Source: Vicinamibacterales bacterium
Lineage (GTDB): Bacteria; Acidobacteriota; Vicinamibacteria; Vicinamibacterales; UBA2999
Length of the DNA: 57,895 nucleotides
NCBI GenBank assembly: GCA_050747925.1
Contig: JBOGIV010000566.1
Coordinates: 1-57,895 of the forward strand
Direction: 5' to 3'
In this document: one piece after another, positions 17,500-26,503 of the stretch
Position numbering within the stretch: position 1 is the stretch's first letter
How the letters are laid out: every line of letters starts with the position of its first letter
The notes under the pieces: model-generated
What the model was told of the DNA's origin: nothing
The model's database searches: none
What the model saw: only the letters and a program-made list of their open reading frames with translations
Position numbers and translations under genes: made by a program

Positions 17500-18561
17500 G
17501 TGCTGACGCCTGTTGAACAGAGTGAGATACGGGCGCATCCACTCGCTGTGGCTGTGGCCACTGAGACGGACCGTAGCGCCTGGGACGCGTATGCCGCGTC
17601 GCATCCGCAGGCGTCTGGTTACCACGTGTGGTCATGGCGTCACGTCTTTGTCGAGAGCTTTGGCCACGAGTGCGTGTACCTAATCGCCCGACGTGCTGGC
17701 CGCACGGTCGGGATTCTTCCGCTCGTCCACATCAACAGCCTGTTGTTCGGTCGCACCGTTACGTCGTTGCCGTTTGTGAATTATGGGGGGGTCGTCGCCG
17801 ATTCCTTGGACGAGGCTCGCGCGCTCGTGAACCAGGCCGCAGAACTGGCGCGGACGCGGCGGTGCCGGTATGTCGAGTTCAGACACACGGTCCGACGATT
17901 CGGCGACTTGCCCTGCAAGCAGCACAAAGTCGTGATGCGGATGGGGCTTTCAGCCGACCTGTGGGAACGGCTCGACCGGAAAGTCCGCAATCAGATTCGA
18001 AAGGCCGAGAAGTCACAGCTCACCGTGTCGCGCGGCAAGAGCGAGCTTCTCCCAGAGTTTTACGACGTCTTCGCGCGCAACATGCGCGATCTCGGCACGC
18101 CCGTCTACGCCCGCACGTTCTTCACCGAGGTGCTGAAGGCGTTTCCAGATCGCACGCACGTCCTCGTGGTGCGCCTTGGCGATCGACCAGTTGCGTCAGG
18201 CTTGACCTACAGGAGCGGCGACATGGTCGAGATCCCGTGGGCATCGTCAGTGCGCGAATACAACAGCCTTTGTCCCAACCATCTTCTGTACTGGCAGGCG
18301 CTCCAATCGGCTGTCGCCGAAGGTTGCACGACGTTTGACTTCGGGCGGTCGACTCCGAATGAGGGGACGTACAAGTTCAAGGAACAGTGGGGTGCGCTGC
18401 CCATGCCGCTGCACTGGGAATACTGCTTGTTGCGCAGCGAGCAGCTACCCGATCAGAGCCCGAAGAATCCAAAGTTTCGCCTCGCGATTCAGATCTGGAA
18501 ACGTCTGCCGCTTTGGCTCACCAAGATCATCGGACCATTCGTCGTTCGGTCGATTCCGTGA
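17500..18561 (+). CDS. FemAB-family (GNAT-fold) protein, PEP-CTERM-locus associated type
   Basis: DRSAWDAYAASHPQASGYHVWSWRHVFVESFGHECVYLIA..GILPLV..SLPFVNYGG and KFKEQWGA. The start is uncertain (GTG 17500 or an internal GTG). Confidence 0.85.
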   Translation: MLTPVEQSEIRAHPLAVAVATETDRSAWDAYAASHPQASGYHVWSWRHVFVESFGHECVYLIARRAGRTVGILPLVHINSLLFGRTVTSLPFVNYGGVVADSLDEARALVNQAAELARTRRCRYVEFRHTVRRFGDLPCKQHKVVMRMGLSADLWERLDRKVRNQIRKAEKSQLTVSRGKSELLPEFYDVFARNMRDLGTPVYARTFFTEVLKAFPDRTHVLVVRLGDRPVASGLTYRSGDMVEIPWASSVREYNSLCPNHLLYWQALQSAVAEGCTTFDFGRSTPNEGTYKFKEQWGALPMPLHWEYCLLRSEQLPDQSPKNPKFRLAIQIWKRLPLWLTKIIGPFVVRSIP

Positions 18562-18615
18562 CCCTGAACGCGAAGCGAACCGTTGCCGGCAGTCGTGTTG
18601 TGAGGATTGGAGAAC

Positions 18616-18647
18616 AGTGCCACCCACGCAACCGCGTGGATGGCACT
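18616..18647. terminator. strong stem-loop between convergent genes (candidate bidirectional terminator)
   Basis: AGTGCCA-CCC-ACGC-aacc-GCGT-GGA-TGGCACT forms a 13 bp stem with one mismatch and a 4-nt loop. It lies in the 114-nt gap between the FemAB-like stop (18561) and the G8-protein stop (18676). There is no clear U-tract. Confidence 0.5.
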
Positions 18648-18675
18648 CATGACTATCGAAGCCGCGCGTTCGACC

Positions 18676-21573
18676 TTACTGAGTGATGCGGACCGAAATC
18701 CATCCCCTGACTTTGCCCGTAGACGTCCACTTGATCGTGAGCGCTTGACCCGCTGGGACCAATCCCATCGGGATCAGAACGTCGCGGTTCATCGGGGCGT
18801 TGATCGTCCAGCTCAACCAGTTCGCGGTCATCGAGCCGACCGCTTCCGCGGTGATCGATCCACCGCAGACGTAGAGACGCATCTGATCGACGGGTGCATG
18901 GGCGAAGACAATGGTACCCGTCGACAGGATTTCAAACACGGCCGGAGCGCACTCATTTGACAGTGTCACCGGACCTGCAGAGGACGTCGGGGCTGTGGAG
19001 ACAACCGCCGTCGGAGACGTCGAAGTTGTCGTCGTTGGCGAAGATGTCGTCGTCGATGTCGTCGAGGTTGTCGTGGTCGGTGTTGTCGTCGATGTCGTTG
19101 TCGAAGACGTCGTCGTTAGTTCAGGATCGGGCGACGGCGTCGGCGCTGGAGCGGGCGCTGGCGCCGGCGTCGGCGATGTGGTTGTGGTTGTCGTCGTGGT
19201 CGTGGTTGTCGTCGGCGCAGCATACGGGATTGGGCAGACAAAGCCGTTGATCTCTGCACGAGCCGTCGAGCAGGCCGCCAAGGCCTGATACGTGGCGATT
19301 TGGTAGACATTCCAGCACTGCTGGTTCGTCAGGCCTGTCGCGGGGCAGCCGCCGCTCAGTGCCGACAGCAGTGGCGCCGGGGCGGTCGGAGCCTGGCTCG
19401 TGTAGTACACCCGGAAGTTGTCGTTTGGATTGCCCTGATATCCGTAAACCAAAAAAGTCTTCAAATAGTTGTTGAGGTCGCCTCCGGCTTCGGAGAGTTT
19501 GATCGACACCAGCGGCAGGCCAGGCAGCGCTTGGAAGCGAGGATTGCGAAACTCAAACTTCGTGGCGCCGGTGCTGGACTGATTCTTTTGTCCGCGCGCC
19601 TCCAAAACAAACCCCGAGCGCGAGCGGAAGAATCCGTCTGTAAACAGCCAGGATGGCGCGAGTCCAAGCTGTCCGGTCTTCGAATAGACGACCTCCACGC
19701 CCTGTATATCAGCGTGGTGAACTTCCGAATGCATCGCCTGGCCGGTCGCATTGTTGTTGAACTGGCGAATGGCGACTCCGACGCCGCCTTGGTTGAGGAT
19801 TCTGAGCCCGTCGAAGGTGCCGTTCCAGTACCGGTGAAACACCGGAGAGAAGGAATTGTGCCAGAGGGTTGTGTCCTTGACGGGCACGCGTCCGGTCGTG
19901 GGTTGCTCCATGAACCACGTGCCAAATCCGAACTGGCTCGTGCTGTACGCCTCGTTGCCCATGATCTCGTGGTTGTAGATGTGAAGCAGCGACCGTGTCG
20001 TGTACTGCCCGGCCACAGAGTGATCAGCGCAGGGATAATTCGGAAGGTTAACGTTGTTGTGCACGCTGGTCGGTCCCGACTCGGCTGAGCCCGGGTAGTA
20101 GCCGTAGCCCTCGCGCACATCCGCCACGACGTTGTTGCGAACGATGTTCCCGATGCCCTTGAACCAGAACCCGTTGCCCTTCCGGCCTGCCGGGTCGGAC
20201 CCGAAAATGCCGGTCTCCACACCCGCCAGCCGAGTCGTGTTCTCGACCTTCACGACGAAGTTGTGGTCAAAGACATTCGCCGTTTCAGAGCCGTCTTCAG
20301 TGACGATGCCGCTTCCCGTCGCGTCGAACACCACGTTGTCTTGAACCAGTCCGTAGTGCGACCCGTGAACCGTCATCGCCCATTTCAGCCCATCCTGAAT
20401 CGCCACGCCCTTCACGATGAATTGGTAGCTCTGCGCGGCGCAGATGCCCGGGACGTGATGGATGTGGAGTGGATACCGGCCGATCTGGTTGGTGCCCACA
20501 TGCGTGACGATGCCGGCGGTGTCGAACGTCGTCGAGTCCAGGGGTTCGTGCGTCGTTCGGCCGAGACTCTGAATCGAAACGTATCGGACATCGACATCGC
20601 TCGTGCCGGTGAACAGCACGTGGCCGCGGGTCCCGAGCGGGTTTTCGGAGCGGATGATGATGTTGCGTGAGAGGTTCCCCACGTGCGGCAGAATCTCGAC
20701 TCCTCCCTCGGGGTTGCGAGCGCCTTTATGACTGTAGAGCAACGGAGCAGCGAGGGTAACGGTCGAACCTGAAATCGTCTGAATCGTCGCGGTCTCCGAC
20801 TGGCTGAGCTTGCGGCGCGTGTTGTCAAAGTCGAAATTCGGCTTGGGGGCGTAGTCGGCTGCAGCTAGCTGCCTCGTATCAGGAAGCACCACGAGATCCC
20901 CCACGCGCCAGCCACTCGGCGCCGCCGAGAGGGTCAGCACCCGCGATCCCGCCAACGGTTCGGCGGCGAGGCGAAGGAAGGTTGTCGCGACCTGAGCTCC
21001 GTGCATTCGAACCGTCGCATTGACGGCGAGAACGCCGTTGCCGTACTGGCTCGGATCGTAGACGCTCGATGTCGTCAGCGTCGTCTGGAGCGCCAGACTC
21101 CGGATGACGATCTCGGCTTTGAATTGCGCCGGCAGCGGGGCCGCCACGGTGCCGCATTCCAATGTGCTGCCGGGTTTGGCCAGCACGATGCCAACAAACA
21201 GCTTTGTCGACTGCGTCAATGCGCACGTCCACGTGGCACCGGCGTCGATGGCCAGTGTTCGGACGACTGCCGCCACGCTGTTGTAGACGACCCGATGCCG
21301 GACCAGAACGACGTCACCCCCGCCCGGGAGGACGCCGGTGCTCCACACTGTGGGGTCACTCCAGTTTCCGTTCTTGACCGACATCACCGTGGGGGAGGCC
21401 CCAAAGTCCGGGATCTTGTCGAAAGCAGTCTGGAGATGGGTGTGGGTCTGTCCCGACGCCAAGCCCGCCTCCGCAACAACGAGCGTCGACACGCCCAGGA
21501 GAACGAGAAAATAAATACGGAGTCTTGCGCGAAGCTTCGTCATTCGATCCATCGATGCAACCCTGTGAAACAT
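18676..21573 (-). CDS. secreted G8-domain / right-handed beta-helix protein with Thr/Pro linker and ~100-aa C-terminal domain (putative glycanase)
   Basis: Signal peptide (MTKLRARLRIYFLVLLGVSTLVVAEAGLASG). G8-like NGNWSDPTVWSTGVLPGGGDVVLV. PbH1-like repeats (NVVFDATGSGIVTEDGSETANVFDHNFVV, NIVRNNVVADV). The true start may be an internal Met (21552 or 21543). Confidence 0.8.
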   Translation of the reverse strand: MFHRVASMDRMTKLRARLRIYFLVLLGVSTLVVAEAGLASGQTHTHLQTAFDKIPDFGASPTVMSVKNGNWSDPTVWSTGVLPGGGDVVLVRHRVVYNSVAAVVRTLAIDAGATWTCALTQSTKLFVGIVLAKPGSTLECGTVAAPLPAQFKAEIVIRSLALQTTLTTSSVYDPSQYGNGVLAVNATVRMHGAQVATTFLRLAAEPLAGSRVLTLSAAPSGWRVGDLVVLPDTRQLAAADYAPKPNFDFDNTRRKLSQSETATIQTISGSTVTLAAPLLYSHKGARNPEGGVEILPHVGNLSRNIIIRSENPLGTRGHVLFTGTSDVDVRYVSIQSLGRTTHEPLDSTTFDTAGIVTHVGTNQIGRYPLHIHHVPGICAAQSYQFIVKGVAIQDGLKWAMTVHGSHYGLVQDNVVFDATGSGIVTEDGSETANVFDHNFVVKVENTTRLAGVETGIFGSDPAGRKGNGFWFKGIGNIVRNNVVADVREGYGYYPGSAESGPTSVHNNVNLPNYPCADHSVAGQYTTRSLLHIYNHEIMGNEAYSTSQFGFGTWFMEQPTTGRVPVKDTTLWHNSFSPVFHRYWNGTFDGLRILNQGGVGVAIRQFNNNATGQAMHSEVHHADIQGVEVVYSKTGQLGLAPSWLFTDGFFRSRSGFVLEARGQKNQSSTGATKFEFRNPRFQALPGLPLVSIKLSEAGGDLNNYLKTFLVYGYQGNPNDNFRVYYTSQAPTAPAPLLSALSGGCPATGLTNQQCWNVYQIATYQALAACSTARAEINGFVCPIPYAAPTTTTTTTTTTTTSPTPAPAPAPAPTPSPDPELTTTSSTTTSTTTPTTTTSTTSTTTSSPTTTTSTSPTAVVSTAPTSSAGPVTLSNECAPAVFEILSTGTIVFAHAPVDQMRLYVCGGSITAEAVGSMTANWLSWTINAPMNRDVLIPMGLVPAGQALTIKWTSTGKVRGWISVRITQ
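18979..19215 (-). repeat. low-complexity Thr/Pro/Ser linker coding region (ACN/CCN/TCN codon runs)
   Basis: It encodes PTTTTTTTTTTTTSPTPAPAPAPAPTPSPDPELTTTSSTTTSTTTPTTTTSTTSTTTSSPTTTTSTSPT. The plus strand shows gtcgtc/gttgtc periodicity. Confidence 0.9.
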
Positions 21574-21821
21574 TTACCGAGTAAACGCGCTATAGGTGAT
21601 TCACCGGAGGCAATCGGCATGCCGCCAAAAAACGTCAATGTTTTAGGTGTTCAGGCCGTCACCCATACAATTTCGTCTCGGAACCTCAAAAACTGTAAGT
21701 CGTTTTTTCGCGGCGGCTTGGCTGCTGCAGCGGCGATCGCGGCGCCTAGGGGAGGGGGCGCCGAAGTGTAAGGAAGATGACCGTCGAGATCAAGCCGAGC
21801 GATCGACGGCGGACCGAACGT

Positions 21822-24800
21822 CTATTGCCGCTTGCTCCGCCACTCAGGCGTCGCTCGGATCGAATCGACGACCTCGGACCAGGCCACACTGGCCGAGGCG
21901 CCACTCATCCGCGCGTTGAGGTAGGTGTCGAACAGCCAGGTCGAAACGCCCCAAAAATCAGGGCCTTCCGAGGCCGAAAGGCCGTTGGGCCGGCCTAGGC
22001 CTTCGGGAGCCGCGTAGAAGGCGTCCAGGCGCCGGAGGGCGTCGAGAAACTCAGCGTGATCGACGCTCACCTTCGAAGGGATGGCCCTTGCCGCGGCCGG
22101 GGTCCAGGTCGGATGTTTCGTCCGCCACTCGGCCGTTTGGGTGATCTCCGCGATCACCATCCCAAAGGCGAATTCTGCGGGCACCCCTGCCGTCCGAGCG
22201 GCAAGATAGACATCAAAGATCCAGCCGGCGATGGCCTGAAAGTCCAGCCTTCCGTCGATCGCCAGCCCGGTGGCGCGACCTAGTCCCGTCGGGCTACGGA
22301 AGTAGGCATCGAGCCGCTCGATGGCTTCGAGAAACTCGGCGGCGTCAAAATGCCGTGGCGGAGTCTCGAAGGTCATAGCACCCTGTCGATAGGACTCGCG
22401 CGTGAGCATGTTCAGGGCTTCGCGATCGAGCGTCGACGGCAGCGAGCTCGCGCCTAGCGACGAAGCGTAGGAACCGTATCCCGATCGCGGGACGATGGTT
22501 GGCTCGCTCGCATCGATCGCAAACGCGTTGCCAGGAGAATGCATCACCGAGAGAAAATCGTACGTCCCTGGCCGATCGATCGGCGACCTGATTGGCGCGA
22601 AGTTGGACCGTGCATCGGGCCTTACATTCGCCAGCTCGATGTTGACGTAGGAGTCTCGGTCGGGTCGCTGCTCCTCGTGGACGAACCCGAGGGCGTGTCC
22701 AAGTTGATGGTGAATGTCTCGTGGATTCCAGCAACTGGACCCGAGGTTGAGCCGATACTGGACGAGCCGACGGGCCTGGCCGACGGCGCTGTAACAGCCC
22801 GACGTATGGCCTGGTTCGTCATCGAACTGCGTCACCCTGAGATAGCCAAACTGGCTCGTGCGCTCTACGCAGACCAGCGGCGTTGCGTGCCCCCAGCCCG
22901 AGTTGCACGCCGCCATGAACTGTTGGCGAAGCGCCGCCGGAATGTCGTCGGCGAACTCGATCGGGAGCACGCCGCCATCCCAGGTCTTGAGCTTCATCTT
23001 CCAAACGGCGCCATGGGTTGGAGCGAAATCTTTTGCGCTGTTCGTCGGTTGTCCGACTGGAACAGTGCCGGCGCTTACATCGAACAGCTGATCGCCGAGC
23101 TCGGCGTACACCGCTGGCTCTATCGGAGGTTCACTCCGGTTGAGCCTTGCCTTTTTCGGTTCGGGAACCGCCGCGCTGGGCTTCTCCGAAATCGAAGTCG
23201 TCGGCTGAAGCGACGAGAGAGCAGAAGGAAGTGCCGTGGCAGAGGCCGTGCTCGGGCAGACGAGTCCGCCGCTGATTTCTGCACGAGTGGTCGTGCAGGT
23301 GGCGACGGCCTTGTACGTCGCGACCTTGTGAGCGTCCCAGCATTGTTGATTGGTCAGGCCGGCTGTGGGGCAGCCGCCGCCCAACCCCGCCTGTACCGTC
23401 TGTGGTGGCGCGGGAGCATTAGCGGCCTGACTGTTGTAGTACATGCGGAAGTTGTCGTTCGGATTGCCTTGGTAGGCGTAAACCGAGAAGGTTTTCGAGT
23501 AGTTGTTGAGCGTGCTGCCTGTTTCCGAGAGCTGGAATGACGCGAATGGCATACCAGGCAGTGCGGCGAAGCGGATGTTCCGGAACTCAAACGTCGAGCT
23601 GCCATCGCTGGATTGGTTCTTTTGGCCGCGTGCGTTCAGCGCAATTCCCGAACGCGAGCGGAAGAATCCATCTTGAAAGAGCCAGGAGGGCGCCAGCCCG
23701 AGCTGTCCGGTTTTCTGATAGATGATCTCCACGCCCTGGATGTCTGCGCGAAGCAGTTCCGAATGCATTCGTTGGCCGGTCGCGTTGTTATTGAACTGTG
23801 AAATCGCGACGCCGACGCCTCCTTCGTTGAGGACCCTGAGCCCGTCGAACGTACCGTTCCAATACTTGTGAAACACGGCCATTCGAGCTGCGTGCCAGAT
23901 CGTCGTGTTCTTGATGGCCACACGTCCGGTGGTCGGCATCTCCATGAACCACGTCCCGAGGCCAAACAGACTCGTGCTGTAGATCTCGTTCCCCGTGACT
24001 TCCCGATTGTAGATACGGAGCAATCGCTGCACCGTGTATTGGCCGGCGACGCTGGTATCTCCGCAGGGGAAGTTGGGAATCTTCACGTCGTTCAGCACTG
24101 AATGGATGCCGTTCTCCGTCGCCCCTGGATAGAAGCCGATCCCTTCGCGCGCGTCGGCCACGACGTTGTTCGTGAACGTGTTGTTGATGCCCTTCAGCCA
24201 GAACCCATTACCCTTTCGGCCGAACGGGTCAGTTCCGAAAAGACCTGCCTCGGTCCCGACGAGCCGAGTTCCGGTCTCGACCTTCACCACGAAGTTGTGG
24301 TCGAACACGTTGCCGGTCTCTGAGCCGTCTTCGGTGACGATGCCGGCGCCCGTCGCGTCGAAGACGACATTGTCCTGAATCAGTCCGTAGTGCGACCCAT
24401 GCACGGCCATCGCCCATTTCCGTCCATTTTCAATCGCGACGCCTCTGATCGTGAATTGGTACGAACCGGCGGGACAAATACCCGGGACGTGATGGATGTG
24501 AAGGGGATAACGACCGATCTGGTTGGTGCCTACGTGTGTGACCACTCCCGCGGCATCGAACGTCGTGGAGTCCAACGGCTCTTCAGTCGTCCGGCCAAGA
24601 TTCTGAAAGGCCACGTAACGAATATCCACATTCGTCGCGCGTGTCAGCAACACGTGGCCGCGCGTGCCGTTAGGTTTGTCGGAGCGGATGATGATGTTCC
24701 GCGACAGGTTCCCGACGTGTGGCAGGATCTCGAGACCGCCTTCGGGATTGCGGGCGCCTTTGTGGTCATGATCCAGCGCCTTGGAAATCGTCACGGTGGT

Positions 24801-25592
24801 CCCAGAGATGGCCTGAATCGTGACCGTCTCTGACTGGCTCGCCCGTCGTCGGAAGTTGTCGAAGTCGCCACTGCGCGTTGCGTAGTCGCCATCTACCAAT
24901 TGCCGGGTGTCCGGAATCACCAACACATCATCGGCTTGCCAGCCGTTCGGCACCGCAGCCAGCGTGAGCGTCCGCGATCCCTTCAATGGCTCGGCCGCGA
25001 GCCGAAGAATGGTCGGGTCGAGCGAGGCGCCGTGCATTCGAACGGTCGCGTCAACCGCGACAACTCCGGTGCCGTACTGGCTTGGATCGTAGACGCCCGA
25101 TCCCGTCGGAGATGTCCGGATCGCCGAGTCACGAATGACGATCTCGGCCTTGAATTGGGCTGGGAGTGGATTGGCCGTGCTCCCGCATTCCAACGTGCTA
25201 CCGGGCTTTGCGAGCAACGTGTCGACCGACAGTTTCGTCGACTGGGTCAACGCACACGACCACCGGCCACCAGCGTCGATGGCGATCGTCGCGACGACAG
25301 CCGTCGTACTGTCGTAGACGACCTGATGCTTCACGAGGACGACGTCGCGGGAGCCGGGAAGTGATCCAGTACTCCAGACGCTCGCGTCGCTCCAGCTCCC
25401 ACTCTTGACGCTGACGACGGTGGGGGTCGCGGCAAAGTCCGGAATCTTGTCGAATGGCGTCACAAGGTGCGCATGAGGGTCGGGCGCTTGCCCGGCTTCA
25501 GCGGGGATCGGGTGGATACCGCCGAGAACCACTGGTGAGATTCCGAGTAAGACGAAGACGCAGCGCACGTAGCGGAAAAGAGATGTGGCCAT
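21822..25592 (-). CDS. secreted G8-domain / beta-helix protein (paralogue) fused to an astacin-like domain (HQxxH variant) and two C-terminal ~80-aa repeats
   Basis: Signal peptide from Met at 25592 (MATSLFRYVRCVFVLLGISPVVLGG). G8-like SGSWSDASVWSTGSLPGSRDVVLV. The beta-helix region is collinear with the 18676..21573 product. The astacin-like block reads IHHQLGHALGFVHEEQRPDRDSYV...SVMHS. The ORF could extend to 25694. Confidence 0.85.
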   Translation of the reverse strand: MATSLFRYVRCVFVLLGISPVVLGGIHPIPAEAGQAPDPHAHLVTPFDKIPDFAATPTVVSVKSGSWSDASVWSTGSLPGSRDVVLVKHQVVYDSTTAVVATIAIDAGGRWSCALTQSTKLSVDTLLAKPGSTLECGSTANPLPAQFKAEIVIRDSAIRTSPTGSGVYDPSQYGTGVVAVDATVRMHGASLDPTILRLAAEPLKGSRTLTLAAVPNGWQADDVLVIPDTRQLVDGDYATRSGDFDNFRRRASQSETVTIQAISGTTVTISKALDHDHKGARNPEGGLEILPHVGNLSRNIIIRSDKPNGTRGHVLLTRATNVDIRYVAFQNLGRTTEEPLDSTTFDAAGVVTHVGTNQIGRYPLHIHHVPGICPAGSYQFTIRGVAIENGRKWAMAVHGSHYGLIQDNVVFDATGAGIVTEDGSETGNVFDHNFVVKVETGTRLVGTEAGLFGTDPFGRKGNGFWLKGINNTFTNNVVADAREGIGFYPGATENGIHSVLNDVKIPNFPCGDTSVAGQYTVQRLLRIYNREVTGNEIYSTSLFGLGTWFMEMPTTGRVAIKNTTIWHAARMAVFHKYWNGTFDGLRVLNEGGVGVAISQFNNNATGQRMHSELLRADIQGVEIIYQKTGQLGLAPSWLFQDGFFRSRSGIALNARGQKNQSSDGSSTFEFRNIRFAALPGMPFASFQLSETGSTLNNYSKTFSVYAYQGNPNDNFRMYYNSQAANAPAPPQTVQAGLGGGCPTAGLTNQQCWDAHKVATYKAVATCTTTRAEISGGLVCPSTASATALPSALSSLQPTTSISEKPSAAVPEPKKARLNRSEPPIEPAVYAELGDQLFDVSAGTVPVGQPTNSAKDFAPTHGAVWKMKLKTWDGGVLPIEFADDIPAALRQQFMAACNSGWGHATPLVCVERTSQFGYLRVTQFDDEPGHTSGCYSAVGQARRLVQYRLNLGSSCWNPRDIHHQLGHALGFVHEEQRPDRDSYVNIELANVRPDARSNFAPIRSPIDRPGTYDFLSVMHSPGNAFAIDASEPTIVPRSGYGSYASSLGASSLPSTLDREALNMLTRESYRQGAMTFETPPRHFDAAEFLEAIERLDAYFRSPTGLGRATGLAIDGRLDFQAIAGWIFDVYLAARTAGVPAEFAFGMVIAEITQTAEWRTKHPTWTPAAARAIPSKVSVDHAEFLDALRRLDAFYAAPEGLGRPNGLSASEGPDFWGVSTWLFDTYLNARMSGASASVAWSEVVDSIRATPEWRSKRQ

Positions 25593-25752
25593 TGCCGTAC
25601 CTGACGTTGCGGGTGGGGGACCCCTTGGATTCGCCCAGTATCTTAGCTCAAGGCGACGGGTGAACGGCCGGGGAATTCCCAAGGGGGAGGCCATGGTAAC
25701 TTAGCCGTGCCGGGTTGATCCCGAACTGGCGCGTCTACGCGCTCGGCTCATC

Positions 25753-26460
25753 ATGCCCATTCCTTCACTTCTCAAGCAGGCACTTGTGCCAGGTTCGGTC
25801 GGGTTTTTGGTTCTGTCTCTCCTGACCTACCTGCTGCTGAGGTACGTGTGGCCGCGCGGTCGCCGCTTGAGTCGGGTGTGGTCGCTCGCCATCGCCGGCA
25901 CGTACGTGGTCATGAGTCTCCCTTTTGTCGCAAACAACATCGCGAATCGACTGGTCACCACAGGAGTGGACGCGGTTGCTTCGCTGGCTTCGGCCGATGC
26001 GCTGATCATCCTTGACGGTGACAATCGGGTTGGCAGGGCCCGAGAAGCCGAACGTGTCTGGATGATCGCGCAGCCGGAAACGGTTTATGTGCTCGGTGCC
26101 GACTGGATCAAGTTCGCGATCATCGCCAAGGGCGTCCCAAGGGAGAGAATCAAACAGTATGCAAACGATCGCACCACGCGCGACCAGATGGAATGGGTAC
26201 ATCAGCTTTTGACCGAGACCCCGACACTGCATGCCGCAGTGATTGCGTCTCGGCTGCAGATGCCTCGCGTATCGGCCTTGGCAAAGTCCGCCCACCTTAC
26301 CGTGACGCTCGTGGCATCTCCAATCGACGATGAACCTCCAACGCATGGTCTTCGAGCCTTTGTACCAACGTACGTCGGCCTTCGCGCCAGTCGAGATGCT
26401 CTTTACGAGCACGCAGCGCTCGCGTTCTATACCTGGCGTGGGTGGATCGCGAAGGCATGA
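25753..26460 (+). CDS. DUF218/YdcF-like membrane-anchored protein
   Basis: N-terminal TMs (VGFLVLSLLTYLLL, LAIAGTYVVMSLPFV). ADALIILDGD and VIASRLQMPRV resemble the DUF218 blocks (vVLGgg, vTS..HM.RA), with the His replaced by Gln. Confidence 0.5.
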   Translation: MPIPSLLKQALVPGSVGFLVLSLLTYLLLRYVWPRGRRLSRVWSLAIAGTYVVMSLPFVANNIANRLVTTGVDAVASLASADALIILDGDNRVGRAREAERVWMIAQPETVYVLGADWIKFAIIAKGVPRERIKQYANDRTTRDQMEWVHQLLTETPTLHAAVIASRLQMPRVSALAKSAHLTVTLVASPIDDEPPTHGLRAFVPTYVGLRASRDALYEHAALAFYTWRGWIAKA

Positions 26461-26465
26461 CGACT

Positions 26466-26491
26466 CGTTCGGTTGGCTTCGCAGCCGAGCG
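26466..26491. terminator. stem-loop between convergent genes (candidate terminator)
   Basis: CGTTCGG(TTG)..(CAG)CCGAGCG gives 7 bp, including one G-U pair, plus up to 3 further pairs. It lies in the 43-nt gap between stops at 26460 (+) and 26504 (-). There is no U-tract. Confidence 0.3.
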
Positions 26492-26503
26492 TGGCAACGC
26501 ACG

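Noticed and set aside
18979-19215. Repetitive DNA at 18979-19215 and 5142-5192 considered as a CRISPR array or non-coding tandem repeat
   Set aside because: Both are in frame inside long ORFs and encode low-complexity peptide (a Thr/Pro linker and a Glu-Arg tract). There is no repeat-spacer organisation.
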